From Splendidivirga corallicola (GTDB lineage: Bacteria > Bacteroidota > Bacteroidia > Cytophagales > Cyclobacteriaceae): a stretch of 64,000 nucleotides of DNA. Where the stretch lies: positions 525,559-589,558 of the forward strand of contig NZ_JAUJEA010000001.1 in the NCBI RefSeq assembly GCF_030442035.1. Reading direction: 5' to 3'. Both the position numbers and the translations under genes were made by a program. Positions 9,380-17,967 of the stretch are shown here, in pieces; within the stretch, counting starts at the first letter, position 1, and each line of letters starts with the position of its first letter. Under the pieces are notes generated by a model. The model was not told the origin of the DNA. It did not search any database and was given only the letters and a program-made list of their open reading frames with translations.

Positions 9380-10699
9380 ATGAAACATATTATATTTTTT
9401 CCAGCCGTTTTCCTGATAACATCCGGCATTTCCTTTTCACAGGCTCAGGAATCAAAAATTGACATAACAAAAAAGGTACTCACCTATTTTCAAGAAAACA
9501 AAACGGATGAGATCGTCAAATACTTTGATGATAATATGAAGGCCCAACTACCAAGTGAAAAACTAAGTCAGGTTTGGCAAACACTCAATGTACAGGCTGG
9601 CAAGTTCAAAGAAGCCTCTGATATCGAAACTCAAGAGGTGCAAGGTTCCGAGGTGGTAGTATACACTTGCATTTTTGAAAAAGCCAATCTTGATCTCAGA
9701 TTGTCATTTGACCCTAACAACAAAATCAACGGAATGTTTTTCGTTCCTTCTAAAAAAAAAAGGATAAATGAAAATAAACCGGTCCTCATTGAAAATGATT
9801 TATTCAGAGAAGAATCAATCAACGTTATTACTGGTGACTTTAGCTTACCAGGCATTTTAACCCTTCCAAAAGGACATGGTAGTTTTCCTATCGTCGTGCT
9901 CGTTCATGGGTCTGGTCCCGGCGATATGCATGCTTCAATAGGTCCAAGCAATCCTTTCCAGGATATAGCCAGGGGCTTGGCATCAAGAGGCATTGCCAGT
10001 ATCCGTTATGATAAGCGAACAAAAGTATATGGTATTAACAGCGCTAAGAATTACAACACAATTACCGTACTTCAAGAAACAATAGAAGATGCCATTTCTG
10101 CGGCAGAAATAGCAAAAAGAATTAAAAATGCAGACTCAAAAAAAGTATTTATCATTGGACACAGTCTTGGTGGCATGTTGGCCCCGAGAATTGCAGAGAG
10201 TCATCCTGAGTTGAGTGGGATCATTATGATGGCAGGTAATGCCAGGCCGCTGGAAGATCTTATTATTGAGCAATTCAATTACTTATTTTCATTGGATGGT
10301 ATTTCGGAGGAAGAACAAAGGGAGTTGGATAATATGCAAGTAAAAGTTGCCAATGTAAAATCTCTCAATGAAAAAGATTCACATAATCTTCCATTTAATA
10401 TGCCCATGTCCTATTGGAAAGATTTGAAAAACTATGATCCGGTAGAAACCATTCAAGAAATACATAACGATATATTGATTTTGCAGGGTGAAAGAGATTA
10501 TCAGGTTACTATGGAAGATTTTGCTATCTGGAAGAAAGCTTTAAACAATCGTAGCAATGCCACCTTCAAGTCTTATGCAAAACTAAATCATTTCTTTTTT
10601 GAAGGTACAGGTCCAAGTGTACCAATGGAGTATCAGACTGAAAGCCATATCCCGGATTATGTAATACAAGACATTGCCGATTGGATAAAGGAAAATTAG
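9380..10699 (+). CDS. secreted alpha/beta-hydrolase (serine hydrolase)
   Basis: Signal peptide, then HGSGPGD oxyanion-type motif and GHSLGG nucleophile elbow. Contains an A10 homopolymer at 9753-9762 inside the CDS. Confidence 0.7.
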   Translation: MKHIIFFPAVFLITSGISFSQAQESKIDITKKVLTYFQENKTDEIVKYFDDNMKAQLPSEKLSQVWQTLNVQAGKFKEASDIETQEVQGSEVVVYTCIFEKANLDLRLSFDPNNKINGMFFVPSKKKRINENKPVLIENDLFREESINVITGDFSLPGILTLPKGHGSFPIVVLVHGSGPGDMHASIGPSNPFQDIARGLASRGIASIRYDKRTKVYGINSAKNYNTITVLQETIEDAISAAEIAKRIKNADSKKVFIIGHSLGGMLAPRIAESHPELSGIIMMAGNARPLEDLIIEQFNYLFSLDGISEEEQRELDNMQVKVANVKSLNEKDSHNLPFNMPMSYWKDLKNYDPVETIQEIHNDILILQGERDYQVTMEDFAIWKKALNNRSNATFKSYAKLNHFFFEGTGPSVPMEYQTESHIPDYVIQDIADWIKEN

Positions 10700-10870
10700 T
10701 CTGTTGAAAAGTGTTAAAGTTGGAAAGTATAAAAGTAGTAAAATTCGATGCAAGCCTTTAAGTTCAAGGGATTGGTTTTATGACCTTCAAATTGTTCATA
10801 GACAAAATAAACCCTGAAACCTGCTACCTGAAAGCACAACTTAATACCATTGATTCATATATTTACTACT

Positions 10871-11629
10871 ATGAAACACCTCATGGTAGTTGGTCTTTTT
10901 TTCCTGTTAACCTTGTCAGGTTGTAAGCCAAAAGATCAAAAGAAACTTACTATTGCTGCAGCTGCCAATGTCAGATTTGCCATGGTTGAATTACTGGATA
11001 AGTTTCAGGAGGAAACTGGCATTGATGCTGAGATCATCATCTCCTCTTCTGGTAAGTTAACAGCACAAATCATGCAAGGAGCTCCTTATGATGTGTTTGT
11101 ATCAGCAGATATGAAATATCCCTCCGAGCTTTTTGAAAACGGGCTGACCTCAACAGTTCCTGAAATATATGCCCAAGGTGCGCTAGTACTTTGGACATCC
11201 GGAGCAACGATGGAACCATCACTGGAACTGCTTCTGAAAGAAAATATCAAGAAAATTGCCATTGCCAATCCCAGAACTGCGCCTTATGGCAAAGCGGCTA
11301 TTGAGACCTTAATTTATCATGATATTTATGATAAGGTCAAACACAAATTAGTATTTGGAGAAAGCATATCACAAACCAGTCAGTTTATTTTATCAGGATC
11401 TGCAGATATTGGTATTACGGCAAAATCGGTGGTAGTTTCAGGACAAATGAGCAACAATGGAAAGTGGGTTGAAATACCTCAGCCTAGTTATTCTCACATT
11501 AAGCAAGGTGTTGTGATTTTAAAAAAAGAGGGCAATTACACAAAAGATGCTGAAAGATTCTATAATTTTCTATTTTCGGAAAAAGCAAAACGTATCCTGG
11601 ATAAAAATGGATACAAGTCCGGTATTTGA
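10871..11629 (+). CDS. modA: molybdate ABC transporter substrate-binding protein
   Basis: Lipoprotein signal. ModA-like sequence (…AAAANVRFAM…SSSGKL…ADVFVSAD…). Followed by Mop, permease and ATPase genes. Confidence 0.75.
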   Translation: MKHLMVVGLFFLLTLSGCKPKDQKKLTIAAAANVRFAMVELLDKFQEETGIDAEIIISSSGKLTAQIMQGAPYDVFVSADMKYPSELFENGLTSTVPEIYAQGALVLWTSGATMEPSLELLLKENIKKIAIANPRTAPYGKAAIETLIYHDIYDKVKHKLVFGESISQTSQFILSGSADIGITAKSVVVSGQMSNNGKWVEIPQPSYSHIKQGVVILKKEGNYTKDAERFYNFLFSEKAKRILDKNGYKSGI

Positions 11630-12028
11630 ATGAATATCTTAAAAGGAGAAATAACAGAAATCGAGTCTCAGGGTAATCTGTCTCTTGTTAAAATACAAGT
11701 AGGGCAAACCGTGCTCAAATCTATTGTCATAGAAACTCCTGCAACATCCAACTATCTCACAAGGGGGAATCCTGTAAATGTATTATTCAAGGAAACTGAA
11801 GTTGTCATAGGCAAAGACATCAATGGTCACATCAGTCTACAAAATCAACTTTTATGTACGATAAATGCTATTGAAAAAGGCAAACTACTAAGCAAGTTAA
11901 CACTTGAATATAACAGCGAAAAAATCATATCCATCATAACTACCGGTGCTGTTGATCAATTGTCCCTTCAAAAGGGAGATACTGTTATGGCTATGGTTAA
12001 AACCAACGAAATAATGTTATCAACCTGA
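11630..12028 (+). CDS. molybdopterin/molybdate-binding TOBE (Mop-like) domain protein
   Basis: 132-aa ORF, tandem TOBE-like halves (…LKGEITEIESQGNLSLVKIQVGQTVLKSIV…). Sits between modA and modB. Confidence 0.65.
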   Translation: MNILKGEITEIESQGNLSLVKIQVGQTVLKSIVIETPATSNYLTRGNPVNVLFKETEVVIGKDINGHISLQNQLLCTINAIEKGKLLSKLTLEYNSEKIISIITTGAVDQLSLQKGDTVMAMVKTNEIMLST

Positions 12029-12699
12029 TGGAGTGGGGACCGATCATACTTACTTTTAAGCTAGCCACCGTAACTACCCTGGTATTATTAATGATATCCA
12101 TCCCACTAGGATACTGGTTGGCTTATACCCGGACACGAATCAAGCCTGTTATTGAGGCACTCATTAGTATGCCGCTGGTACTCCCTCCGACAGTCCTGGG
12201 TTTTTACCTGTTGATAGCTTTCAGTCCGTCAAATTTTTTTGGTCGTTTTTTGAATGACGTTTTTGGCTTACAACTTGTTTTCTCATTCGAGGGATTGGTG
12301 CTGGCTTCAATCATATACAGCTTGCCTTTTATGGTGCATCCTATTCAGTCTGGATTGAGTAATCTTCCTCCCAACTTATTGGAAGCATCTTTTACATTAG
12401 GAAAATCCAAGACTGTCACGTTATTTAAGGTATTGTTGCCTAATATCAAGCCTTCTTTATTAACAGGCATTGTACTGGCATTTGCTCACACCATCGGTGA
12501 ATTTGGTATCGTGCTCATGATAGGCGGTAATATTCCCGACAAAACAAGAGTTGCTTCGATTGCGATCTATGATGAAGTAGAAGCATTGAATTACGGCGCT
12601 GCAAATTTCTATTCCATTGTTTTATTCGGGATAGCATTTGCCATTTTGCTAACTGTGTTCCTTATAAACAAAGGTGTCTTTAAAAGATTTTGGGGATGA
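12028..12699 (+). CDS. modB: molybdate ABC transporter permease
   Basis: Five to six TM helices. EAA-like loop region (…EASFTLGKSKTVTLFKVLLP…) typical of ModB/CysTW-type permeases. Confidence 0.8.
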   Translation: MEWGPIILTFKLATVTTLVLLMISIPLGYWLAYTRTRIKPVIEALISMPLVLPPTVLGFYLLIAFSPSNFFGRFLNDVFGLQLVFSFEGLVLASIIYSLPFMVHPIQSGLSNLPPNLLEASFTLGKSKTVTLFKVLLPNIKPSLLTGIVLAFAHTIGEFGIVLMIGGNIPDKTRVASIAIYDEVEALNYGAANFYSIVLFGIAFAILLTVFLINKGVFKRFWG

Positions 12700-13571
12700 T
12701 ACAGCTTTCGCTATACAAAAAGCTTCAAGCCAATCATGGTGAAATGATATTGGATATTGACATCCAAATACAGTCGGGACGATTAGTTGCTATCTATGGT
12801 GAATCAGGTGCCGGCAAAACATCAATTCTTCGTATGCTGGCTGGATTGTTTCATCCTGAAAAGGGTAAGATCATTGTTAACAATCAAACATGGTTAGACT
12901 GTAGTGAAGCCATAAATCTCAAACCACAAAAAAGAAAGATTGGCTATGTATTTCAGGATCTGGCTTTGTTCCCAAACATGTCGGTCAGAGAAAATCTGTT
13001 GTTCGCATTGGATAAAGGTCAAAAAAGTGATATTGTGGATGAATTGATCTCCATAATGGAACTTCATAAGCTGGAAACCCGTAGTCCGGATACATTGTCA
13101 GGTGGTCAAAGACAGCGTGTCGCTTTGGCCAGGGCACTTGTTAAGCAACCCGATCTTTTACTTCTGGATGAGCCTCTCTCTGCGATAGACCATCAAATGC
13201 GTAGCAAATTGCAAGATTACATTTTGGAAGTTCACAAGAAATTCCAGCTCACCACAATCCTCGTGAGTCATGATATTACAGAAGTCTTTAAACTATCCGA
13301 TCATATCATAGTATTAGAAAATGGCCGCATTCAAAAACAGGGAAGTCCTTCCGAAGTATTTTCCGGAAAAAATATGAGTGGCAAATTTCAGTTCACAGGA
13401 GATATTCTAAGCATAGAAAAAGAAGAGGTAGTCCACATTGTCTCCGTGTTAATTGGAAATAATATCGTCAAAGTAATTGTTACTGAAGAAGAAGCAAATG
13501 ATCTATCGGTAGGCAACAAAGTCATCGTAGCCTCCAAAGCGTTTAATCCGATTATCAGGAGGATTGGATAG
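12690..13571 (+). CDS. modC: molybdate ABC transporter ATP-binding protein with C-terminal TOBE domain
   Basis: Walker A GESGAGKTS, signature LSGGQRQRVALARAL, Walker B LLLLDEP, and a C-terminal TOBE-like extension. Confidence 0.8.
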   Translation: MGMIQLSLYKKLQANHGEMILDIDIQIQSGRLVAIYGESGAGKTSILRMLAGLFHPEKGKIIVNNQTWLDCSEAINLKPQKRKIGYVFQDLALFPNMSVRENLLFALDKGQKSDIVDELISIMELHKLETRSPDTLSGGQRQRVALARALVKQPDLLLLDEPLSAIDHQMRSKLQDYILEVHKKFQLTTILVSHDITEVFKLSDHIIVLENGRIQKQGSPSEVFSGKNMSGKFQFTGDILSIEKEEVVHIVSVLIGNNIVKVIVTEEEANDLSVGNKVIVASKAFNPIIRRIG

Positions 13572-13670
13572 CAGCTGCTTGAAACATCGGATTTTAATTA
13601 TTCTTTTCTTCATAGCAGAAATGAAGATCAGCATTTATCATTCATTTGTATTTTAATTTTTAGCAATAGT

Positions 13671-13898
13671 TTGAATACAAAAAAATATATAACCGATGGA
13701 GAAGGGCTTCCCAAATGGACTAATCCGATCAGTCACGCAGTTGTTGTCAATAATATGTGCTTTGTCAGTGGTCAGTTATCTGTTAATGAAGAAGGAGAAT
13801 ATGTGCCAGGTGATATTTTAGCCGAGACAAAACTGGCTTTCTCCAATTTGTTTACTGCTCTTCGACATGCAGGATTCACAAAAGAAGATATCAATTAG
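13671..13898 (+). pseudogene. RidA/YjgF-family (endoribonuclease L-PSP-like) gene fragment truncated at a repeat insertion
   Basis: The 75-aa translation (…ISHAVVVNNMCFVSGQLSVNEEGEYVPGD…ETKLAFSNL…) matches the N-terminal ~60% of RidA proteins (about 125 aa expected). The frame stops at TAG 13896-13898, 2 bp before the repeat unit that begins at 13901. Confidence 0.5.
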
Positions 13899-13900
13899 GG

Positions 13901-14348
13901 ATATATCGTCCCCAGGGGACTCTTATTTAGAGGAATAATCGTCTATAAATATTAGGTCCCTAACGGGACCATGTATTTACAATGCATAAACTTATGAAGA
14001 GTAGAAGTAATCTCAGTTCGATGATAGAATCCACCTTAATCGCTCGCAACCGCAATTATTTCTTGGTTATGGAAACTTATTGACGACAGAATGTCAAGGT
14101 TAAAAGCATTTAAGATTGTTGTCTGAATCAAAAACCTTTCCTGTCTCTAATTTAATTTCAGGCATTTGAGCTTATTCAGTCCCACGGGGGATTTAAATAT
14201 TTATAAACTCAGATAATCAAGTCATATTATTCCCAAAAAGATTCACTTAACATTAAAGAAACATAATGTATGCTTCGTGTCCCGCTAGGGACTCAATATT
14301 TATAGATAATATTCAACCACCACAGAAGTCCCATTAGGGACGATATAT
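13901..14348. mobile_element. composite MITE/BIME-like element: two inverted ~72-bp double-palindrome units flanking ~300 bp
   Basis: The unit 13901-13970 (ATATATCGTCCCCAGGGGAC…CTATAAATATTAGGTCCCTAACGGGACC) is the reverse complement of 14278-14348 (GTCCCGCTAGGGACTCAATATTTATAGA…GTCCCATTAGGGACGATATAT). Each unit carries two GTCCC-N3-4-GGGAC palindromes. A degenerate third palindrome lies at 14179-14191. Confidence 0.5.
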
Positions 14349-14431
14349 AAAATTTATAATCAAATCATGGTAACAGCAAAGCAATTATGTTTAAGTTAGC
14401 ATTTTTTCAACGCTTAAAATTGATATAAAAA

Positions 14432-15331
14432 ATGAAACCTTTTCATTTATTTTTATTGCTTGTTCTTTGTGCATGTAATCAATCTTCCGATCAGACAGAT
14501 GTAAATCAAGGAGAATGGATCTCCCTTTTCAATGGTAAAGACCTCGATGGCTGGAATATCAAGATCGCCGGATTTGATCTGGATGAAAATTATAATCAAA
14601 CTTTCCTGGTGCAGGACAGTATGATCCGCATCAGCTATGATGCCTATGAGGAGTTTAATGATGCTTATGGTCACATGTATTATGAACAACCTTTTTCTCA
14701 CTATAGGCTGCGTTTTGAATATCGCTTTGTAGGAGAACAATTAAAAGGCGGTGCCAGTTGGAATATTCGAAATAGTGGAATTATGCTTCACTCTCAATCT
14801 GCTGCGAGTAATGAAAAAGGTCAGCATTTTCCGGTATCGGTAGAATTACAATTACTAGGAGGTTTGGGAGAAGGTAACAGAACTACAGCTAATGTTTGTA
14901 CTCCGGGAACTGCAGTTGAAATGAACGGTGAAGTGAACTATCAGCATTGCATAAGTTCGAACTCAAAAACATACCATGGAGACCAATGGGTGCAGGCTGA
15001 AGCTATTGTAATGGGAGATGAATCAATGGTATTTCTTATCGAAGGTGACACTGTTCTTAGCTTTGAAAAACCACAAATTGGCGGTGGCTTTATTACTCGG
15101 AACAACACTGAAGAGGATTGGAAAAGCTTTGGCATTCATGATTACAAAAGTTGGATTGAAAAAGCCGGAATCACTTTAAAGGAAGGTTATATAGCACTTC
15201 AGGCTGAAAGTCATCCCATTGATTTTCGAAATATTGAATTGCTCAATCTTTGCGGATGCATGGATATTAAGGCCAAGAACTACAGATCTTATTATGTAAA
15301 AGATGATAAAGCTAGTTGTGTGTATGAGTGA
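14432..15331 (+). CDS. DUF1080-family (3-keto-disaccharide hydrolase-like) lipoprotein
   Basis: Lipobox (LLLVLCAC), then GEWISLFNGKDLDGWNIK, the characteristic DUF1080 N-terminal motif. Overall concanavalin-like beta-sandwich composition. Confidence 0.65.
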   Translation: MKPFHLFLLLVLCACNQSSDQTDVNQGEWISLFNGKDLDGWNIKIAGFDLDENYNQTFLVQDSMIRISYDAYEEFNDAYGHMYYEQPFSHYRLRFEYRFVGEQLKGGASWNIRNSGIMLHSQSAASNEKGQHFPVSVELQLLGGLGEGNRTTANVCTPGTAVEMNGEVNYQHCISSNSKTYHGDQWVQAEAIVMGDESMVFLIEGDTVLSFEKPQIGGGFITRNNTEEDWKSFGIHDYKSWIEKAGITLKEGYIALQAESHPIDFRNIELLNLCGCMDIKAKNYRSYYVKDDKASCVYE

Positions 15332-15359
15332 TTGTTAACATCGGAAATATTCGAAACGT

Positions 15360-15395
15360 ACGCTGCAATGATAATAAACTTCATTGCAGTGCATT
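15360..15395. terminator. hairpin terminator between convergent genes
   Basis: CTGCAATGA-loop-TCATTGCAG 9-bp stem followed by a T-rich tract. Lies between the 3' ends of 14432-15331(+) and 15443-16519(-). Confidence 0.45.
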
Positions 15396-15442
15396 GTTTC
15401 CATTTATATTTTTAACAGAAGGAATGCTTTCAGAACTGAGCG

Positions 15443-16519
15443 CTACTTCAATTCATTCATAACACTCGAAAAAGTGCCCCAGTCCTCATCATTCAGGCTA
15501 TTCCCCATGAAAAAAGTGACTCCTTGTGCTCCATTTTCAATGCATGTTTCCACCACCTTGGGAATACCAAATTGACGGACATGACCAAGGTGTAGCCCTG
15601 CATATAATTTGGCTTTCTTCTTTTTTAATATTTTGGCATCTTCTTTTACCACATTTGCTACCCATTCCAGATCACCATTGTAATCTTTAAAATAGATCAT
15701 CGGCATAAAAGCATCCAGATTAAAACGCTCCCAATCCTGGCGCACCAGGTCTCTTGCTATGGTTGGTGTTGGAAAAACTGCTGCTGAAATTTCCTTTCCG
15801 GTCTTATGCACTTCGTCAGCCACAGCATTCACTACTTCTACCAATTGATCAAGTCGCCATTGTCTCCATACTTTACTTTTTGTAGGATCCTCCATTTCCA
15901 ATGGGTCTGTCCCGTGTTCTTCCTTGAATTTGCTCCGGCAAACCTCACAGTAGCAAAAATCAAATTCCGGCATTTCATGATCCTGGACAAGATTATATTT
16001 GGGTTGTAAAGCTATGGGGAGAATCACATCGCAATATCTCACATAATCAAGATGTACACCGGTAAGGCCATCAATTTTGCAAAGGGTAGTATAATCCTCT
16101 ATCAACAATTGTTTCACTTCCGGTCTTGAAGGACATAACCAGCGATAGTAACCTACATAGGGTGGTTTATCAACTACTGAATCTCCATTACGGCTAACAG
16201 CATACCATTCCGGATGATCCTTCATATGGCCTCCTCTGTTCATAGTCCATCGCCAGGCATGGAACTCCAGACCTACCTCTTTGCAGAGTTTGCCAAGTCT
16301 TTCATAATAGCTGTTACCACCTGAAGGCAATATGCCATGAATATGGTTGTCCTTCATTTTCAACAGGAAATCCCTTAGCTCCTGATCGCTACTTTTAGCA
16401 CCTCCACGCAGCCATGCCCAATTTTTATATTGCTTTTTTTTCTCCGAAATGCCAGTAAATCCGGAGCTAAGTGCCACTGTGGTAATTCCTAATACCTCTA
16501 TAAATTTTCTCCTTTTCAT
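15443..16519 (-). CDS. Tat-signal secreted TIM-barrel protein, glycoside-hydrolase-like family 10 (GHL10/DUF187)-like
   Basis: N-terminus MKRRKFIEVLGITTVALSSG is a twin-arginine-type signal. Segments …GLEFHAWRWTMNRGG… and …GVHLDYVRY… resemble GHL10 family proteins. Assignment from memory, not searched. Confidence 0.45.
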   Translation of the reverse strand: MKRRKFIEVLGITTVALSSGFTGISEKKKQYKNWAWLRGGAKSSDQELRDFLLKMKDNHIHGILPSGGNSYYERLGKLCKEVGLEFHAWRWTMNRGGHMKDHPEWYAVSRNGDSVVDKPPYVGYYRWLCPSRPEVKQLLIEDYTTLCKIDGLTGVHLDYVRYCDVILPIALQPKYNLVQDHEMPEFDFCYCEVCRSKFKEEHGTDPLEMEDPTKSKVWRQWRLDQLVEVVNAVADEVHKTGKEISAAVFPTPTIARDLVRQDWERFNLDAFMPMIYFKDYNGDLEWVANVVKEDAKILKKKKAKLYAGLHLGHVRQFGIPKVVETCIENGAQGVTFFMGNSLNDEDWGTFSSVMNELK

Positions 16520-16792
16520 CTTAATTTGGTTTGCCGTTCCGCCTTTAATGACATTAAATCATAAAGCAAACCCCGATACATTGGAAGCTCAGATTTCCTT
16601 TATTTGAAACCCATCGACATCTTCACCATGGATCTCCCTGATTATGAGTACAAAGCAGCATTATAAAAAAATTGAATATGAAACAAAAAATTACTCTTTT
16701 CCTTCCTGCAAGAAAATGAGCATGTATTCAATTCAAAAAAGTGTATTTTGGCAGCAAATTTTTTTGTTTTATTTGAAAAAAATCAAAACCAA

Positions 16793-17500
16793 ATGAACGA
16801 AACTCAATCACACTTTCAACCACTAAATGTTGTCTCAGAATCTGAGAAAGCAGAATTTATCAGGCAAACTTATTTGCATGTAACCTTTGCCGTATTGGGC
16901 TTTGTAGTGCTGGAATTAATTTTATTTCAAACCGGTGTGGCCTACAGTATTGCATCACTGATGTTGAGCGGACAATACACCTGGCTCATTGTTCTTGGTG
17001 GATTTATGTTCGTCTCCTATCAAGCTGAAAAATGGGCAAGATCCAGTACTTCCAAGCAAATGCAATATGCCGGACTATTCCTTTATACTTTGGGAGAAGC
17101 CATCATTTTTGTGCCGTTATTAATGATTGCAGCTTCTTTTTCCGGTGGAGAATTAATCCAAAAAGCAGCACTTATGACGATTTTCTTATTTGTTGGTTTG
17201 ACCATTGTAGTATTCACAACAAAAAAGGACTTTTCATTTTTAAGAAATGTGCTGGTTGTTGGAGGTTTTGTAGCTATGGGACTTATTGTTTTAGGCATCA
17301 TTTTTGGCTTTGAACTGGGGCTTTTCTTTTCATTTGCCATGGTAGCGCTGGCAGCTGGTAGTATTCTGTACCAAACTTCCAATTTAATTCATCACTATCA
17401 AACAGGACAGCATGTAGCTGCAGCACTAGCTTTATTTGCTTCATTGATGCTATTATTTTGGTACATTCTAAGAATCTTCATTGCATTGAGTGATGATTAG
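16793..17500 (+). CDS. BAX inhibitor-1 / YccA-family membrane protein
   Basis: Seven TM helices. N-terminal …IRQTYLHVTFAVLGFVV… and overall length are typical of the BI-1/YccA family. Start set at MNETQ. Confidence 0.7.
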   Translation: MNETQSHFQPLNVVSESEKAEFIRQTYLHVTFAVLGFVVLELILFQTGVAYSIASLMLSGQYTWLIVLGGFMFVSYQAEKWARSSTSKQMQYAGLFLYTLGEAIIFVPLLMIAASFSGGELIQKAALMTIFLFVGLTIVVFTTKKDFSFLRNVLVVGGFVAMGLIVLGIIFGFELGLFFSFAMVALAAGSILYQTSNLIHHYQTGQHVAAALALFASLMLLFWYILRIFIALSDD

Positions 17501-17530
17501 GAGTAAACATTGATTAAGAGAATTGAATAA

Positions 17531-17925
17531 ATATATCATCCCTACAGGACTAGGCTAATTTACTTGATAATGCTACAAATATCTGGTCCCTAATGGGACC
17601 GGATACTCCTGTTTGTTCACAACAATATGGAATCAAAAACCGGCCATGACCGTCATTAGAATCAAATAATCTATGGGTATCTAAATTAATAAGATAAAAA
17701 ATCTAAAATATGGGTCAAAATTAAAGCATTTTGAAATAATTGAATTTGCGAAACCTGTCAGCTGATCCTCAATTATGATTTTTCATCAAAGAAAGAACTT
17801 TGGAATTGAACCTCTTTTGACTTTATATCCATTAGATTGAAAAATGTAGTATGTCCCAATAGGGACTCAATATTTATAGAAAAAAATATCAACCAAAATA
17901 AAGTCCCATAGGGACGATATATTTA
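17531..17925. repeat. second composite element of the ~72-bp double-palindrome repeat family
   Basis: Direct unit 17853-17925 (GTCCCAATAGGGACTCAATATTTATAGA…GTCCCATAGGGACGATATAT) is near-identical to 14278-14348. A degenerate inverted unit lies at 17531-17602 (ATATATCATCCCTACAGGAC…GGTCCCTAATGGGACC). The ~250-bp sequence between them is not similar to copy 1. Confidence 0.45.
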
Positions 17926-17967
17926 AATCAGGAAGGATCTTTATTCAAAAGCCTTTGATTATTGTTT

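Noticed and set aside
17032-17382. Two overlapping ORFs (93 and 99 aa) inside the BAX inhibitor-1 gene
   Set aside because: Alternative frames of a hydrophobic membrane-protein gene. Such frames routinely stay open in AT-rich TM-coding DNA.
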